From assembly GCA_951804945.1 (NCBI GenBank), contig OX638149.1, positions 74,276,001-74,340,000 on the forward strand: a stretch of DNA of 64,000 nucleotides, given 5' to 3'. This DNA is from Podarcis cretensis. Its lineage: Eukaryota. Positions within the stretch are counted from its first letter, which is position 1. Each line of letters starts with the position of its first letter. Shown in pieces: positions 12,301-27,400 of the stretch. The translations under genes and the position numbers were made by a program. The notes under the pieces were generated by a model. It ran no database searches and had not been told where the DNA came from. It worked only from the letters and a program-made list of their open reading frames with translations.

Positions 12301-15300
12301 CTGACTTTGGAACACAGATCAACCACAGGGAGAGAACAGGGAAGATGGCACTGTCCCTTTCCACTGCATTATTTCTTTCTGCTCCTGCAGCTGACCTGTC
12401 TCACAGTCTGTATGGGCCTTCACTAGCTATGCTTTTGGAGGGCTAAGAATGAATTTTTAAGACTGCTTCCCTTGTGGCCCCATCTTTTTTCACCTGCTCA
12501 ATACTGTATGTATTGAGGTCTGAAATATTAATTTGATTTGTGACTTGGGTCACATCCACACCATAGATTTAAAGCACCTTTAATAGTCAATTCCGTGTGC
12601 TGCTCTGGTTCGCCAGGAGCGGCTTAGTCATGCTGGCCACATGACCTGGAAGCTGTACGCCGGCTCCCTCGGCCAGTAAAGCAAGATGAGCGCCGCAACC
12701 CCAGAGTCGGCCACGACTGGACCTAATGGTCAGGGGTCCCTATACCTTTTAATACTCAATTTAAAACACATGGCCTCCTCCAAAGAATCCTGGGAAATCT
12801 GGTGCAAGAGTTTCTTAAAAGGGAAATCAGAGGGAAAATAGCATGTATGTACAGTACTGGCACCATTCTTTTCTTTGAAGAACTCTGACCAGATTCCTTA
12901 AGTTTATATAAGAAGATTCTGATGGTCCTGACCTTTTGCATTTTTGTTTCAGCCACTGCAGAGATGGAATGATGAACTGTGAGGAAAACAACATTGGTAT
13001 GTAACATAAAGATGTTATTTAATCCAGAATTCCCTTGTACAGTATGATGTATGTGTGTCTTCTCTTGTTGTAGTTCATGACTGTCCAGATGACCAGATCT
13101 ATGTAAACTGCAGTAATCCACAAACTATGGAGCTTGGCAGGGAGAGAACATGTGAAAACCAACTGCTAAACCTCACTATATCGGCACATCTTCCTTGTTT
13201 TTCAGGATGCATGTGTCCTCAGGGGTAAGTAAAGACAAACACAAGTTCAGTTTTATCCTACTAGCATAAAACCTATGGCCACTTCAGCACCTAGTGTACA
13301 TTTGGTAGTATGGCCTTCTGCCTTTTAAGAAGTCAAAGACATTTGATGACTATGGCTAGCTCAAGTTATTTTGGCAGCAGAGGCAAGGGGATGCTTCACC
13401 CTCCTCCCATCTTGTCATATGCTGGACATCAAAAAGCAAGCATCATGCAACGAAGCAGTGTTAAAAAGCCTCCGTTGATCAAACAACCTTCAGTCCATTC
13501 TTATTCCTGTGGAGGTGTGTAGCTTTGTTATCTTTTCCACGGGGCGTTTGTACCCATTGTAGAACTCACTCAATATCTTCAGGGATGAATCTGGTGCCCT
13601 CTGGATGTTTGGGACTACAACTCCCAACAGTTCCTCCCAAACAGGAACTGTTTTAACTATGGAAACAGTTGCACATCTTTATTAAGAAGGCATCATGGTT
13701 TAGGTTTGGAGGGCACCAGTTTGGTTAAGGCTGGTATAGAGACATCCAGATTGGGTATCTTTTCCACAGAGGTCCGTTTTATTAAAAGCAGTATCTCTGT
13801 ATGAAGAATTTGGGTGGGATTCACATAAGCAACCTTGTCAGCAGCAGCCCCACTCAAGGACTTCCACTTGTGCAGTGGGGTTTCCCCTTCCCTCATGTGT
13901 GTACGCCTCCCAAATTGGCATGCAGGGGGAGAAGAATGGGGGTTGTTCCATTTGGCAAGCTGAAATGCTTGTATAGATGGAGCAACTGGAAGTGTGTCTT
14001 CCATCTGAGCTATGTATTACAGTGTCACTATACAGCTTTTGCCAGCAGGTCAAGATGCACCTTTTTATCCAGGTATTGGGTGGGATAGGGTGAGATATTT
14101 ACTGATGCCGCCACCTCTGCTGCTTTTACTATGAATGCATGCATTTCATCTTTTTATATAAGCGGACAGGGTCTTTGGGTGAAGAGCAGGTAACAAATCT
14201 AACAGATCAATCAAAATTTCCAGGGTGCCTTACTAAGTTCTTAAAATTGTCTGTCAGATGTCCTGAGAAATTATATTTCCAGGATCCTTGGTACTTGGAT
14301 GACTGCCGTTCCAGATGCCAGCCATAGTGTAATGAAGATATTGTCAGTTAAAAGAGGGAATGAAAAGAGGCATTTGCAGTGATGGGAAGTGATGGCACTG
14401 GGGAAATCTCCTGTAGAGCTTGTGTTCAGCTCAAAAGAAGCTGAATGCACCTAGGTTCACAATTATGGACCTCCCTCCTCCAGTTCTGAACTTTGGCACT
14501 GTCCATGGTATTTTTGCAAGAATAATGTTGCAAGAATAATGAAAACAAGGTTCTCGGAATATTCTGCTTGCTTTTTTCTCATCTCAAAAGAAAAAATATT
14601 TCTCATTGTAAAACAGGTGGCATACCAGATCAAATAACTTATAAGAAGCTTAAATGAATTCCTGAAAGGTTTGTTTTAAAAAAGAAAAGAAAAATCATCA
14701 CTTTCTAATTTATACAAGAAAATAATGATTTTAATGGAGCCCAAGAATGTTTCTTATCAATAGCCAGAGAGAATTATGCTAGCCTAACCCCACTTAATTG
14801 GGAATAAGTCCTACTGAATTCAGTAGAACTTATTTCTAAATAGACATGATTAGGATTGTGCAGTTAATGAAGTTAATATAGACAGAATGTAATAACATAG
14901 ACAGAATGTAATTTCTTTTAACCACCTTTTGTGACAGCAGTACTCTTCTGTTGTCCTTGGGGTAAAACGAACAGTCCTCTTATCTGCAGTGTATTTTATA
15001 AATTCAAATGGACTGTTGTCTTGTCTTTTAAAAATGATGCAGGATTGAAGGAAGGGTATTTAGTTCAAAAGCTTGACAATGACCTTCATTTTAAGTGTGC
15101 ATCCCCCCGTTGCTAAATCATTCTATAATAGCCTTTCCATAGAATTTATTTGATACTTGCAGTGCAAGCCTATGTCTATTTGCGTGGAAGTAAGCTCCAC
15201 TGCGTAAGGCTTACTGATAGGGAGGTGTGTAGAGGTTTATAGCTTAGCTGATCATAGTAATAAACAGAATTTACTATAAATCTATCATGACTTGCCTTTA

Positions 15301-18300
15301 ACAACATCCAGGCTTGCCTTCTCCTGTTAAGTGATGAGCTGGCATAAGATTGATCTATGATCAACTAAAAATAATGTGAAAGTCTCATTTTACCAAGTTG
15401 GCAATATTAAGTTTTTACTTTAAAAGTGCTAAATTTTAATGAGGGGCAATGTGACTATCTCCTAAAGGGAAATGTGTGGAAGAATCATACACTCTTCCTC
15501 TGTCATTGCTTCTTAGAATATCTAAAGTTGCCCTTGGTGATGAGTGTAGGTGAGATTTTTTCTTCAATGCTGTTCCTCTCAGTTTCTGTTCTGTGCATGC
15601 ATTCATGTATGTGGTTGGTAACTGCTGCTAACAGTAGGGGCTGATAAATGGCATATGATTGAGATGCCAGTGAAATGAAATCATGCCTAAGCTCAGTAAA
15701 TGGGGATGCGGGTGGTGCTGTGGGTTAAACCACAGAGCCTAGGACTTGCCGATCAGAAGGTCAGTGGTTTGAATCCCCACGACGGGGTGAGCTCCCATTG
15801 CTCAGTCCCAGCTCCTGCCAACCTAGCAGTTTGAAAGCACGTCAAAGTGCAAGTAGATAAATACGTACCACTCCGGTGGGAAGGTAAACAGTGTTTCCAT
15901 GCGCTGCTCTGGTTTCGCCAGAAGCGGCTTAGTCATGCTGGCCACATGACCCGGAAGCTGTATGCCGGCTCCCTCAGCCAGTAAAGTGAGATGAGTGCCA
16001 CAACCCCAGAGTCGGCCACGACTGGACCTAATGGTCAGGGGTCCCTTTACCTTTACTAAGCTCAGTAATAGGGTCTATGAAAAGGTCCATCATTTCAGTT
16101 GGTCTGTAGGTATCATATTGAACCTTGACATATAATAGAAATAAAGTCATTTGTAATAAGTGCCTAAAAGTCATACTGTATTGGACCAAAGGCCCATCTT
16201 GTCCAGATGTCTATGGGAAGCCCTCAAGGATGATATGGGAGCAATAGCACATTCCATACTTGTGCTTTCAAGCAACTGGTATTCAGAGACATACCACCTC
16301 TGATACTGGAGGTAGCACACAGAAGTCATTGATATCCTCCATGAATTGAAGCTGGTGGCCATTACTACATCTTACTGTAGTGAATTTAATAGTCTAATTA
16401 TGCACTGTGTGAAGAGGTATCTCCTTGTCTAGCTACAATTTTCCAGCATGCAGCTTCAGTAGCTGGGCCAAGGTTCTAGCATTATGAAGAGAAAGAAAAA
16501 AGTTATGTCTGTGTGCTTTCTACACATTAAGCATATTCCTATATTATGTTCCGCCCCCACCCTGCTTGCTTACTTTTTGAACTAAAATGCCCCATATGTT
16601 GTAATTTTCCCTCATAAGGGAATTGTTCCAGCTCCGTGATCATTTTGGTTGCTCTTTTCTGAACCTTTTCCAGCTATACAATATTCATTTTGAGGTGTGG
16701 AGACCACCTGCCAAAATGTCAAAATGTCATTTTGTTTTGTTTTTTTGAGTTCTTAGATCATTGTAATCAATCTGGCTGCTTGGCTTTCCAAGAGAGAAAG
16801 CTGTTAACACTTGTTTTATGCAGGGTAATATTACAGACATGAAACTTGCACTTTGGTCTCACCTTGTCAAAGTGATGCTCTTTGTCTCTAAATGTGGCCT
16901 ACTTAGTTGGTAGCTTAAACCAGTGGGAATTTTCAGCTTTGTAGTTCACTGTCCATCCAAGAAAGTGACACAGAACTTGAAATGGTACATCAACTCCCAA
17001 CAGGCTTTAAATAAAATTATAGTTTTAAAGTTTAATATAAATGTTGTTTTTTGGAAAAAGTTACTGCTTTCTCAGTAAACATTTTCTAGATAACTTGTAA
17101 AATTTGAGAAAGCAAACACACTCAGGAAAGCGTTGGCTATTATTGCTCCACAGTTTACAAAAGAGTGATTCATCTTTTAATAAAAGTGCTCCTGTGAAAT
17201 CTTAGGTTGCATTTATGTCTAGACATTGACCAAAACAGTCATCATGCCAAAGACTTTGTAAAAAGATGTATTTGTTATCCTGGCACTGATTATCCAGTAC
17301 CAATACTTGAAATGTTCGCTGGCTAACTTTTTTTCTAGTCTAGAGGACTTTTCTAGACGACTGTAGAAGATGCTAGACGAGGGGGGGAAAAAATTATTAC
17401 TGCAAATTTGTTAAATTCTTTTTTTATCGCAGAGAAGCTTAGGTGGCTGTGATGGTTAAACCAGCAACAAAATGCAGTGTTTAATAAATGTTTTTAAAAA
17501 GAGTAATTGAAATGATATCTCTTGGTGAGGGAGAGCATATTTTAAAACACTTTTAGCTGCTAATCATAATAGCTATTATTTTCCACCCTTCATCCTAAGG
17601 TTTCAGGGCAAGTAACAACATTAAAACACAATATTAAAAATAGGTTAAAATGGCTTACAGTCAGAGAAATAAGACATGTTCTTAAACACCTCAAGTGTCA
17701 AAACTAGGGCAAAAGTAATAGCAATGCTTACATCATGGGTACCTTTCTGATCGTGACTGTGGCATCAGTGCTCTGTTTCACAAGTATACGCCCCCACCGA
17801 TGCTCAGTTGAATTATTCAGCGGCAACCAGGAATATATGCATGCAAACTGTTTCTTCAAATTTACATAAATTTAAAAATATAATTGACCATGAGTTTCTA
17901 TTTGATGTTTTTTATAGCCTTGTTAAACATGGTGACGCATGTTTCAAGCCAGATGAATGCCCGTGTTCTTGGAAAGGCAAAGAGTACTTTCCTGGGGATA
18001 AAGTAATTTCTTCCTGCCATACATGGTGAGTAGAAACTTTAAAAAAGAAAATTTCATGTTATAAATGCAACTATACTATTCTGGTTCTGAATTGCTGTTT
18101 TGTTTTTTTCCTATTTCAGTATTTAAATGCATATACTGGCATTTAAGTGATTTTTTTTAAAAAAATATCCATCTTAAAATAGTTTTTAATAACTAAATTA
18201 TGCATTGGGAAAATGATGGATAGCTATGGGTAAAAAATTATAAATTAACCAGTGTAATAACTCCAGAGGACTGATTTGGAGTCTGGGAAAGGTGAAGCAT

Positions 18301-21300
18301 CTGTGAAAGATGATGCAGTGACAACTGACCTTCTGACAGCAGAGTCACTTCTACCTACCTGGAGGGAGGGGACAAGGCAAGGAGGCGGGAAGGAGAACAT
18401 TGCAAATGCACTGACAGAGCCAATCTAGCACTCCTTCTGGTTCATTTGCACTGCACTGACATTCCTGTCTCCTTGCTCATACACTTCTCTCTCCCTGTTA
18501 GCAGCAGAGACTCATCTGCTGGGAGGTCAGGTAATCACACTATCGCACCACACTATTCCACCATTATTGTGAAGCATCTGCTTCTGCCAAACACCTTCCT
18601 TTCAAAGCTGCTTCACTTTTTTCTAAAAACGAAGTCATAGGGGACTATTGCATTAATTAGCCTGTAATGTATAGTTTTCCCTTAACATCCAAACACAATA
18701 TTAACTACCTTTCCTAGATTAGTTTCCACTTCCAAATATACATACATATTTTAAAGATGTATCTTAGTCTCCTTTCATAAATCACCTTATTTTCTCCTTG
18801 CCTTTTTCATATTTGGACTAAAACTCAAATAAACAAATCCTGTTACAGCATCATTTGCTTAACAGTAGTTTATACTCATACAGCAGTTCTTAAGCAAGGT
18901 CCTTCACTATCCACCCATTTTTCTGAACCAGTAATATGCTGGTGTTTCCATACAACAAACAAATGTTTGACAGCTAAAATCTTGGAAGTAACACTCCATC
19001 TTATGCCTCTTCTTCTCATCATCTAGACTGATAGCAGAAGTATTACAGAGTGTTGCAACCACAACACTGTATCTCAACAGTAACTTAACCCCTGTTGACC
19101 AGTTTGGCTAATTTGTTACCACTGGGCCTGCACAACTCTATAGGGCCTAAAGTAATCTAGGCTGGTCCAGTCAGCACTAGTCAATGCCTTGTCTGGATGT
19201 CTTTGCCCAATCCAGCCTCGTGCTGACTGACTGCCTCTGCCTCTTGTCAGGTTCTCAGTATCTGCTCTAGAAGACATTTGTAGCCCTTTGGCCGACTGGT
19301 GAAGCGACTTACAAGCCATCTCTACTTGGCAGGAAGGTAAAGTGACCCCATGTTACCTCCCTTGGTCCCCAAGGCCTGTACACTTTTCACTTTCAATAAT
19401 TGTTTGCACACACAAAAATTCGTTCCCTGTAGAGGATGTCATGAAGGGCTTGCTGTAATTCTGAAACAGCATAATGTATTAGTTGAGAAGTCTAAACCCA
19501 GTCATTAATAATATAACAGGCAAGAGGATAATTAGATCGTTAGTATTTATTTTCTGATCTTGTCAAGAAGTGAATCTTCACCACAGTATAAACTTCCAAT
19601 TATCCACCAATACGCTAGCAATATCCACGTTGTTTATAGAAGAAAGCTCAGTGGGCAGGATTCACCTAACAAGCTCTATCAGTGAAACCCCAAGGTCAAA
19701 GGGTCTTACCCTCTCCTCCCAATTTGGCTTGAAGGGGTCAGGAGAACTCCCAAAACAGCGTGTAGGGGGATGGGGGATAATTTTGTCTGGCAAGCTTGTA
19801 TGAATAGAATGTTTGAAATAGTGTGATATGTTTTTCACAATATGTTTTACAAGATACTCAAGGTGAGTTTGGTAGAATGTAAATATTTATCAATTAATCA
19901 AACCTTTATTATGGTCATAGACCAGCATAAGTAGGGTGGGGTACAAGTACAATCATTTGCAAAATCTGTAAAACGTTTTGGAGAGCTAAAATTATTAAAA
20001 CAGAAGGTATATATAAAAGACTATAAGAAGCTAAAAGAAGGGTTAGGAGCATTAAATGGATGTGGAAGAGCATAAAAGGTTAGTATATAAGAGGCTATGA
20101 CTATCAATTTGCAAAGCACTCTGATATGAGTGTAATAAAATCTAGTTTGTGGTGCAGGTCATCAACCAATGAATTTTGAATGCTGCTATGCAGAACCCAG
20201 CAACATTGTATGTTGTAGCAAGGTTGGCATCTGAAAGCAGCAGGGAGGTGTAGGATTGTCCTGTGTGCCCTGGGTACTTATGGAGTAGTGGAGAGATGAG
20301 GCTAATTCAGATGTGTCTATAATATGGGCACTGGAGAAGCACATGCTCTATTGTTTCTATTTGTCCAGAATCATGGGGGCATTGTCTCTCCGTGTAATGA
20401 ATCTTCCTATAGTAAATATGTATTATTGATTATTGTTCATATCTCAGGTTGATGCTGAAATGGATATTAGACTAACATCACAGTGAATAAGAATAGAATT
20501 TGTTATTAATGGATATCCAGTGAATGTATAACTGTATGTGTTAATGAAACTGGACTAATTGTATTTCATTTTTATAAATACATGTGTAGATTTAGAAAAA
20601 ACAACTGTATATACCACTGTATATCTATTTTTCAATGTGGCATTTATTTTTGATATTTTGTATTATTTGTATCAGACTAAGTCATGCTCAGAGCAGATCC
20701 AGTGACATTACTGGAGCCAAGTTAGCCATGACCATTATTTCCATGGATCTGTTATGTGATCCGTTATGTAATTGGATACAGTTCTGTGATTTTTTGTAAT
20801 ATTTTCAGGTAGTTTCATTTATTTCCTACTTTTCATTTTGAGTTTTTACTTTACATGTGTTCAGTTTATTGTTATAATATATTATAATTCAGATGATTAT
20901 ATAATTTCACATGGAATCTGCAAACATTTTTATTCTTCCCAAAGTGGGATGCTATGAGGTTTTTGTTGTCTGGCACTGCAGCATTCAGTTAGGTCCAGCA
21001 ATCTGGGCCGAGAAGCAGAACTCACACACATTGCTTTATGCATGTGCATCTTATCCATTCACTGAAATGTATGGATTGGTTGCATGTGCAACAACTTTGT
21101 GTCCGAACTGGATTTCTGGATCAGGAGGAGTGTCAATGCATTTTGCTTTCACAGAAGATTAACAGACTTATTTGTGCATTGATAATTACGATTACTTTTG
21201 AAATTATATCTCTTGATTTTCTTTCCACCAACACCAGCATCTGCTATCATGGGTCATTTGAATGTACTTTTCATCCTTGCCCATCAATGTGTACTACGTA

Positions 21301-24300
21301 TGGAGACCGCCATTACAGAACTTTTGATGGACTTTCCTTTGATTACATTGGGAATTGTAAGGTTTACCTGGTTAAGGTAAGACTTTGAGGATTTTTAAAA
21401 AAAGTTTTGCTTTTTTTCTAAAAAACCAACATACTACTTATTCTAAATTTTAAGTTGAATAAAGCTTGCATTAAAAGGTAAGACTGGTGGCATTTTTTTA
21501 CCTGCTGCACTACCTCACCAGCCATCTCTGTGTGAGTTCTATCTTCAGAGCCAGAGAGAGATATCATTAAGGGGTGGGATCAGAGTGACTGGAGAATTGG
21601 ACACGTTAGACAGGTTTTCATCAAATGTCAACAAGTTGCAACCAGCTGCTTTTCCCTCCTTCTGCAGAGTTCCTCAATTACTAGTATATCGATCATCATA
21701 GAAAACGTGAATTGCTTTAACACTGGGATCATTTGCAGAAAGTATATTTTCATTAACATTGGAAAATCATTCATAATATTTGACGATGACACTGGAGATC
21801 CGGTAAGCACTAGCACCGCATAAGGAAAGACACATAGGTATAACTTTACTGGGGACTGCTGCCCCTGCTTCCTCTGTGCACCAACCCTGCAAGCCTACAA
21901 ATGTTTGCCACCCTCTTCTCCCAAACCTGACTATTGCCTCAATTTGCCTTGTGCTTGAGCCAGCCCTGGTACACATATACAGTGGTACCTTGGGTTAAGT
22001 ACTTAATTCGATCCAGAGGTCCGTTCTTAACCTGAAACTATTCTTAACCTGAAGCACCACTTTACCTAATGGGGCCTCCTGCTGCCGCCGCGCTGCCGGA
22101 ACACTATTTCTGTTCTCATCCTGAAGCAAAGTTCTTAACCCGAGGTAATATTTCTGGGTTAGCGGAGTCTGTAACCTGAAGCATATGTAACCCGAGGTAC
22201 CACTGTACATATTTCCCCCTTCAGTGCTTTTGTGTTTTGCACTGCACATACTTGCACCTGACATCACATGACAGATGTGCTGGTGTGTGTCTGTCAAGCA
22301 AGGTGATAAGCAGCATGCAGAGAAAATGCAAAGTGGACCCTGCACATTAGACATAGGTTCAAAGCAACCTCTAAGCATGCATAACGTAAACAATGGTTTC
22401 AAGCCAATAAATGTCACGTCTTTTGAAAAAACAGACCCATATATTAAATAATATTAACCTTAGAGAGATGTTCAGAAGACACTGAAGTGCTTGTTCTTCT
22501 AAATGTAGTTTACACAAGCTTTTACTGTGAGATGAGTGCAGCACCCCATAGTCACCTTTGACTGGACTTAACCACCCAGGAGTCCTTTATCTTACCTTTT
22601 GCAGTGATCCATGTATTAATAACCATGAGACTAGATTGATGCAACACACTCTATGTGGGGTTGCCCTTAAAGCTGCAGCTGGTACAGAATGCAGCTGTGC
22701 AGCAGTTCGCTGAAGCAACCCACCATGAGCACATAAACCCTTAATAAATAACCTGTAACAAGCTGCTGGGGCATCCTACTTTGAGAAAGTGCCTTCTCCC
22801 ATATAGATCTCCCATGCACTGGGATGAGCAGATGAGGCCCTGTGATCACTTTGTGACTTCTTGGATGATGGCCTTTGCTGTGATAGCTTTACGGCATGCA
22901 TGAACAACACTATGCTTTCATTCTATGTTTGTTAAACCTGACCACTAGTACTCAGTACACTTATTGCCTTTCTACTGGATATTATATTGCTGTGATATAT
23001 ATTAATGAAATGGTATAAAAATTCTTTAAATGAATAAATAAATATGTGTGGGCTGGCTTTTCCTAACAGAGTCCATTGAGTTACCTAGACAAACTGCAGC
23101 AAGTGCATATATGGAAAGCTGGTTTTTTCACACTTGTTCACTTTCCCAATGAACACATCACAGTAATGTGGGATCAAAGAACAACTGTTCATGTAGAGAT
23201 AGGACCTCAGTGGCAGGTAAGAGCACATTGCCTCATCTAATTATGAGTATGATGTAGTTACAGTTAAGCAGTTTGAAACCCCATTCATTTTTCTTGGAGA
23301 GATTTAGCATTATACTTAACAGTCCAGTTGAAGTCAATGGGATTTCCAAGGGTTTGGCTTTGGCTAGAATGAGTCGTATGTTTAACATATTGTTCATATA
23401 TATAACATATATTCTTAACATATTTAACATATTAAGAAGCTTAGATTTATTGTAAAAATGAAATATTGTAGTAAATAATGAGCATTGCCATATCTAGGGT
23501 ATCATAAATAGTCATAGTCATAAATATTGAGAGTTGTAGTCTAAGAATATTTGAAGCGCACTACTGAGCACTTGATTATATGCCTTTGGGAACAGATATT
23601 TTTCTATAGGACTTTTGATTAGAAAACAAAATGCCACCAGCTGGTCATAATAACTTTGCCTTCTTTTTAGGGTGTGCTGACAGGATTATGTGGAAATTTT
23701 GATTCAAAAACAATAAATGAAATGAGAACTCCAGAAAATTTTGAGTTAACAAATGCACAAGAATTTGGAAGTAGCTGGGCAGCTGTAGAGGTAAATAATT
23801 GGAGTGGTCACTCATTCTATTTCACTACATAGTTCTTTATCATTTAAAATCAAGCTCCAACTGCACTGTATGTTACTGGCTTTCATGTTCTGAACAGTAG
23901 TGCTAAACAACGGTTTAAAAACTATAATTTTAAAAGTATTACATTGTTTGTACTATTGTGCAACTTTGTTTTTATTCAAACCCCAGTGACAATAGAAAGC
24001 ACTTTCAGAAGCTTTATGATACCTAAGTTGGATTTTCCAACCCACAGCACACTCCTTTTGGCAAACATATAGCAGTAATATGCCACTCTCAGTACATGGG
24101 GCCAGGGAGGAATAAGGGGAGCAACATGACCAAAAAAGTAGGCTTTTAAAGAAGAAGTATATCAATGCCTCTTAAAGAGTGAGTGAGTGAGTGAGTGAGT
24201 GAGTAAGTGAGTGTGTGTGTTTGCATGAGTCCATATCCCAACTCCTGTTGACTGTTTAAATCAGAATGGGCAGCATACTGATAGTCATCTTACTTTAGGG

Positions 24301-24422
24301 ATTGGTAAGAAAATACTCTATACATATTATAGACAGTTAGACATGGTGAATTCTTCTGTAGTTATAGGTGTTTATGCATGGGGGACTGTCAGTGTGCTGT
24401 TCAGAACAGCTGTGCTACGCAC

Positions 24423-24495
<73 letters not shown>

Positions 24496-27400
24496 CTAGT
24501 GTATGTTACACTTCTTGGTTATTTTAAAAGTTAGAAAACCATACTGCTTGTAAGAAAATGTTCTCCTGGTTGATTATTTTGCTTTTGGATTCAGTGTGTT
24601 GACAGCTCTGACATTCGGCATCCATGCATTTTAAACCCACTCAGAGAACCATTTGCCAAGAAAGAATGTGGAATACTCTTAAGTGAAATATTTGAGTCTT
24701 GCCATCCAGTGGTAAGTAGCCGCTCATGCATAATGATAATTCTTAAGGTTTTTAATGTATAGCTCCTGAATTCCATATTAGAATAATGTAGAACTCTGAT
24801 CCTGCATTTACAGTTTGATCATAAAGTCTGTTGCATTTAGGATGGGCAGGAAGAACAACCACAGTGACTATGCTAACTGGGTTCTATATGGCTACCTGTA
24901 AGACTGATGGTTCAGGAACACTAATGAGTTTGTAGTCCCCACCCAGAATTTGTGTTGACCTGTGGAGGTGACAGTTCATACAACCAGTGTCTGAACACAA
25001 ATTGTGGCACTGCATGCTCACCTACCAATATAAAGACATCAATTCACATAAAAAGTGTTTCTATGTTATCTTGGTGAGGTTCCAAGCCTGCTGGCAGTGA
25101 TCACATTGTGCTGACAGTGTGTGCAGTCTTCACCTGAAGCAATTAAGTGAAGCAATTATTTTCCTCTCTTCCCATTCCATGATCCTGAGCAGTTACTACC
25201 AGTTACTGCTATTTTTAGAACTGCAAGGAAGATGTTCCCAACATAGAATAATCTTAACTGTGGAATGTGAAATGTTTGCAGCGATCAGATATAGCAGCAT
25301 ATAGCACCAATATATAGCACAGTACAATGGTGTAGCATCATTGACTGATGAATTGATAGTGCCAGGAACAAGGTATTACCAAGTTGTGGCACAGGAAAGA
25401 AAAGAAAAAGGTTATTTAATTGTTAAATCTGTGCCAGTTTTAACTATCATAAATGTTGTATATAAATGCTAGGAGGCCAATAAATTCTACATATTAGTTC
25501 ATATTTATTTTCTTGTTTACAATATAGAAACTTTGGTAAGGAGGCATGAGGCTCTGGCAGGGTCCTGGAGTCCTCCTATTTCTTTCCCAAAGCTGGAAAA
25601 GTGCTAACTAGGCTTTGGGAAGTAGGGAGAAGGACTTTAGGACCCTGTTCTTATGAAAGCCCAGTGCCTTGCTTACCTTCAAAAGGCTTCAAATGTTGCA
25701 AAACAACAGGGCATATATGAAAGGACATAGTGATGAACTTGTTTAATACAAATCAACAGTAAATGCTGCATGCCAGAATCCTTTGAAACTTGCTTTTTAG
25801 ATATCTGTGGCTCTGTGCTGAAAACACATTGGGTTGCCAATGTTTGTGTAGGTAATGATATGTTACAGTAATAATTATCTTCTTCAGGTTGATGTCACCT
25901 GGTTTTATTCAAACTGTTTGACAGACACATGTGGTTGTAACCAGGGAGGGGATTGTGAGTGTTTCTGCACAAGTGTTTCAGCCTATGCACATCAATGTTG
26001 TCAACAAGGAGTTACAGTAGACTGGAGATCTCCGAGACTGTGTCGTAAGTATGCTTAAATATTATTTGCATGCTGAAATAGAATGGAAGAATTTGTGTCC
26101 GCACCCAGCTTTAATTACTGCAGTGCATGCATTACTGATTTGCTAGTGAGAAAATCTAGGCATTTATGGATTCCCTATTCCTTTTGCAGAAGAAAAATTG
26201 AACTGATACCCTGTTCTGTAGCCTTTTTACTCCGAGGCCAGGTTTTCAATCAATTTCAGTGCCAATCAACTCTTGTTGAGTTATGGCAGTCTAGAAGTTT
26301 ATCTCTTCTGCTGTCTTTCTTTAGAATTTACAAACCACTCAATCTCTGCTAGTCATCCTAGTTAAGTGGGCCATCCTCCCTGCAGTGAGATCCAGGCTTG
26401 GTGGGACATTGTTGTGTTGAAGGAGTATTGGTGCTTAAAAAATTCTCTCAACTGGTAGTGAGCGGAAAGCAAAGGGCTCTACCTTTTTTTCCCATTTAAG
26501 CAGAAGTACAAGAAGTGTGAGGGATGCGGGTGGCACTGTGAGTTAAACCACAGAACCTAGGGCTTGCCGATCAGAAGGTCGGTGGTTTGAATCCCTGTGA
26601 CGGGGTGAGCTCCCGTTGCTCGGTCCCTGCTCCTGGCAACCTAGCAGTTCGAAAGCACGTCAAAGTGCAAGTAGATAAATAGGTACCGCTCCGGTGGGAA
26701 GGTAAACAGTGTTTCCGTGCGCTGCTCTGCTTGGCCAATAAAGTGAGATGAGTGCCGCAACCCCAGAGTTGGCCACGACTGGATCTAATGGTCAGGGGTC
26801 CCTTTACCTTTACCTTTACAAGAAATGTGAATGATTCAGATTTCTTTCTGGTCTTTTAAAGTTAAGTTCAAAGTTGGGCATTATGCATTTCCTCTAGAAG
26901 ATCCCAAAGCTGTTGTATTCACATCAATTTCTCATCTCTCTTCAGGAAAGATGTACAAAGATGTATGACTAAGCTTATTCTTATCCACTAGAGGTCACAC
27001 AAGGATAAGCATCTGCTCATTGCAGCTGATACTTCATTCTGTATCAGATTTATTAGTCAGTAGTGAGTTTTTAATTTGCCAGTCTTAATTTCTCTTCCCA
27101 GTCTGAATAGAAATGTGATTGTGCAAATATGCCCATATCTATACAGAACATACTGCTACTTGTGTTCCAGATTTATATTGCTCACTGTTTCCTTTCCTTT
27201 CCTTTAGCTTATGATTGTGAATATATCAATAAAGGTAAGCAAATCATGGGGAATTGATGATAAAACAGTTCAGTATTTTTCTGTCCACTTTTAATAAAAT
27301 AACTTCATATCCAGTTTTATCAAAGCAGCATTCATTACTGTTTAAACATACAGGTATGGTTCTGATTAACCTTGAAATGTATGCCAGGATCAAATGTGGA

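Noticed and set aside
15702-15790. tRNA gene
   Set aside because: The A/B-box-like motifs belong to the SINE head; no complete cloverleaf.
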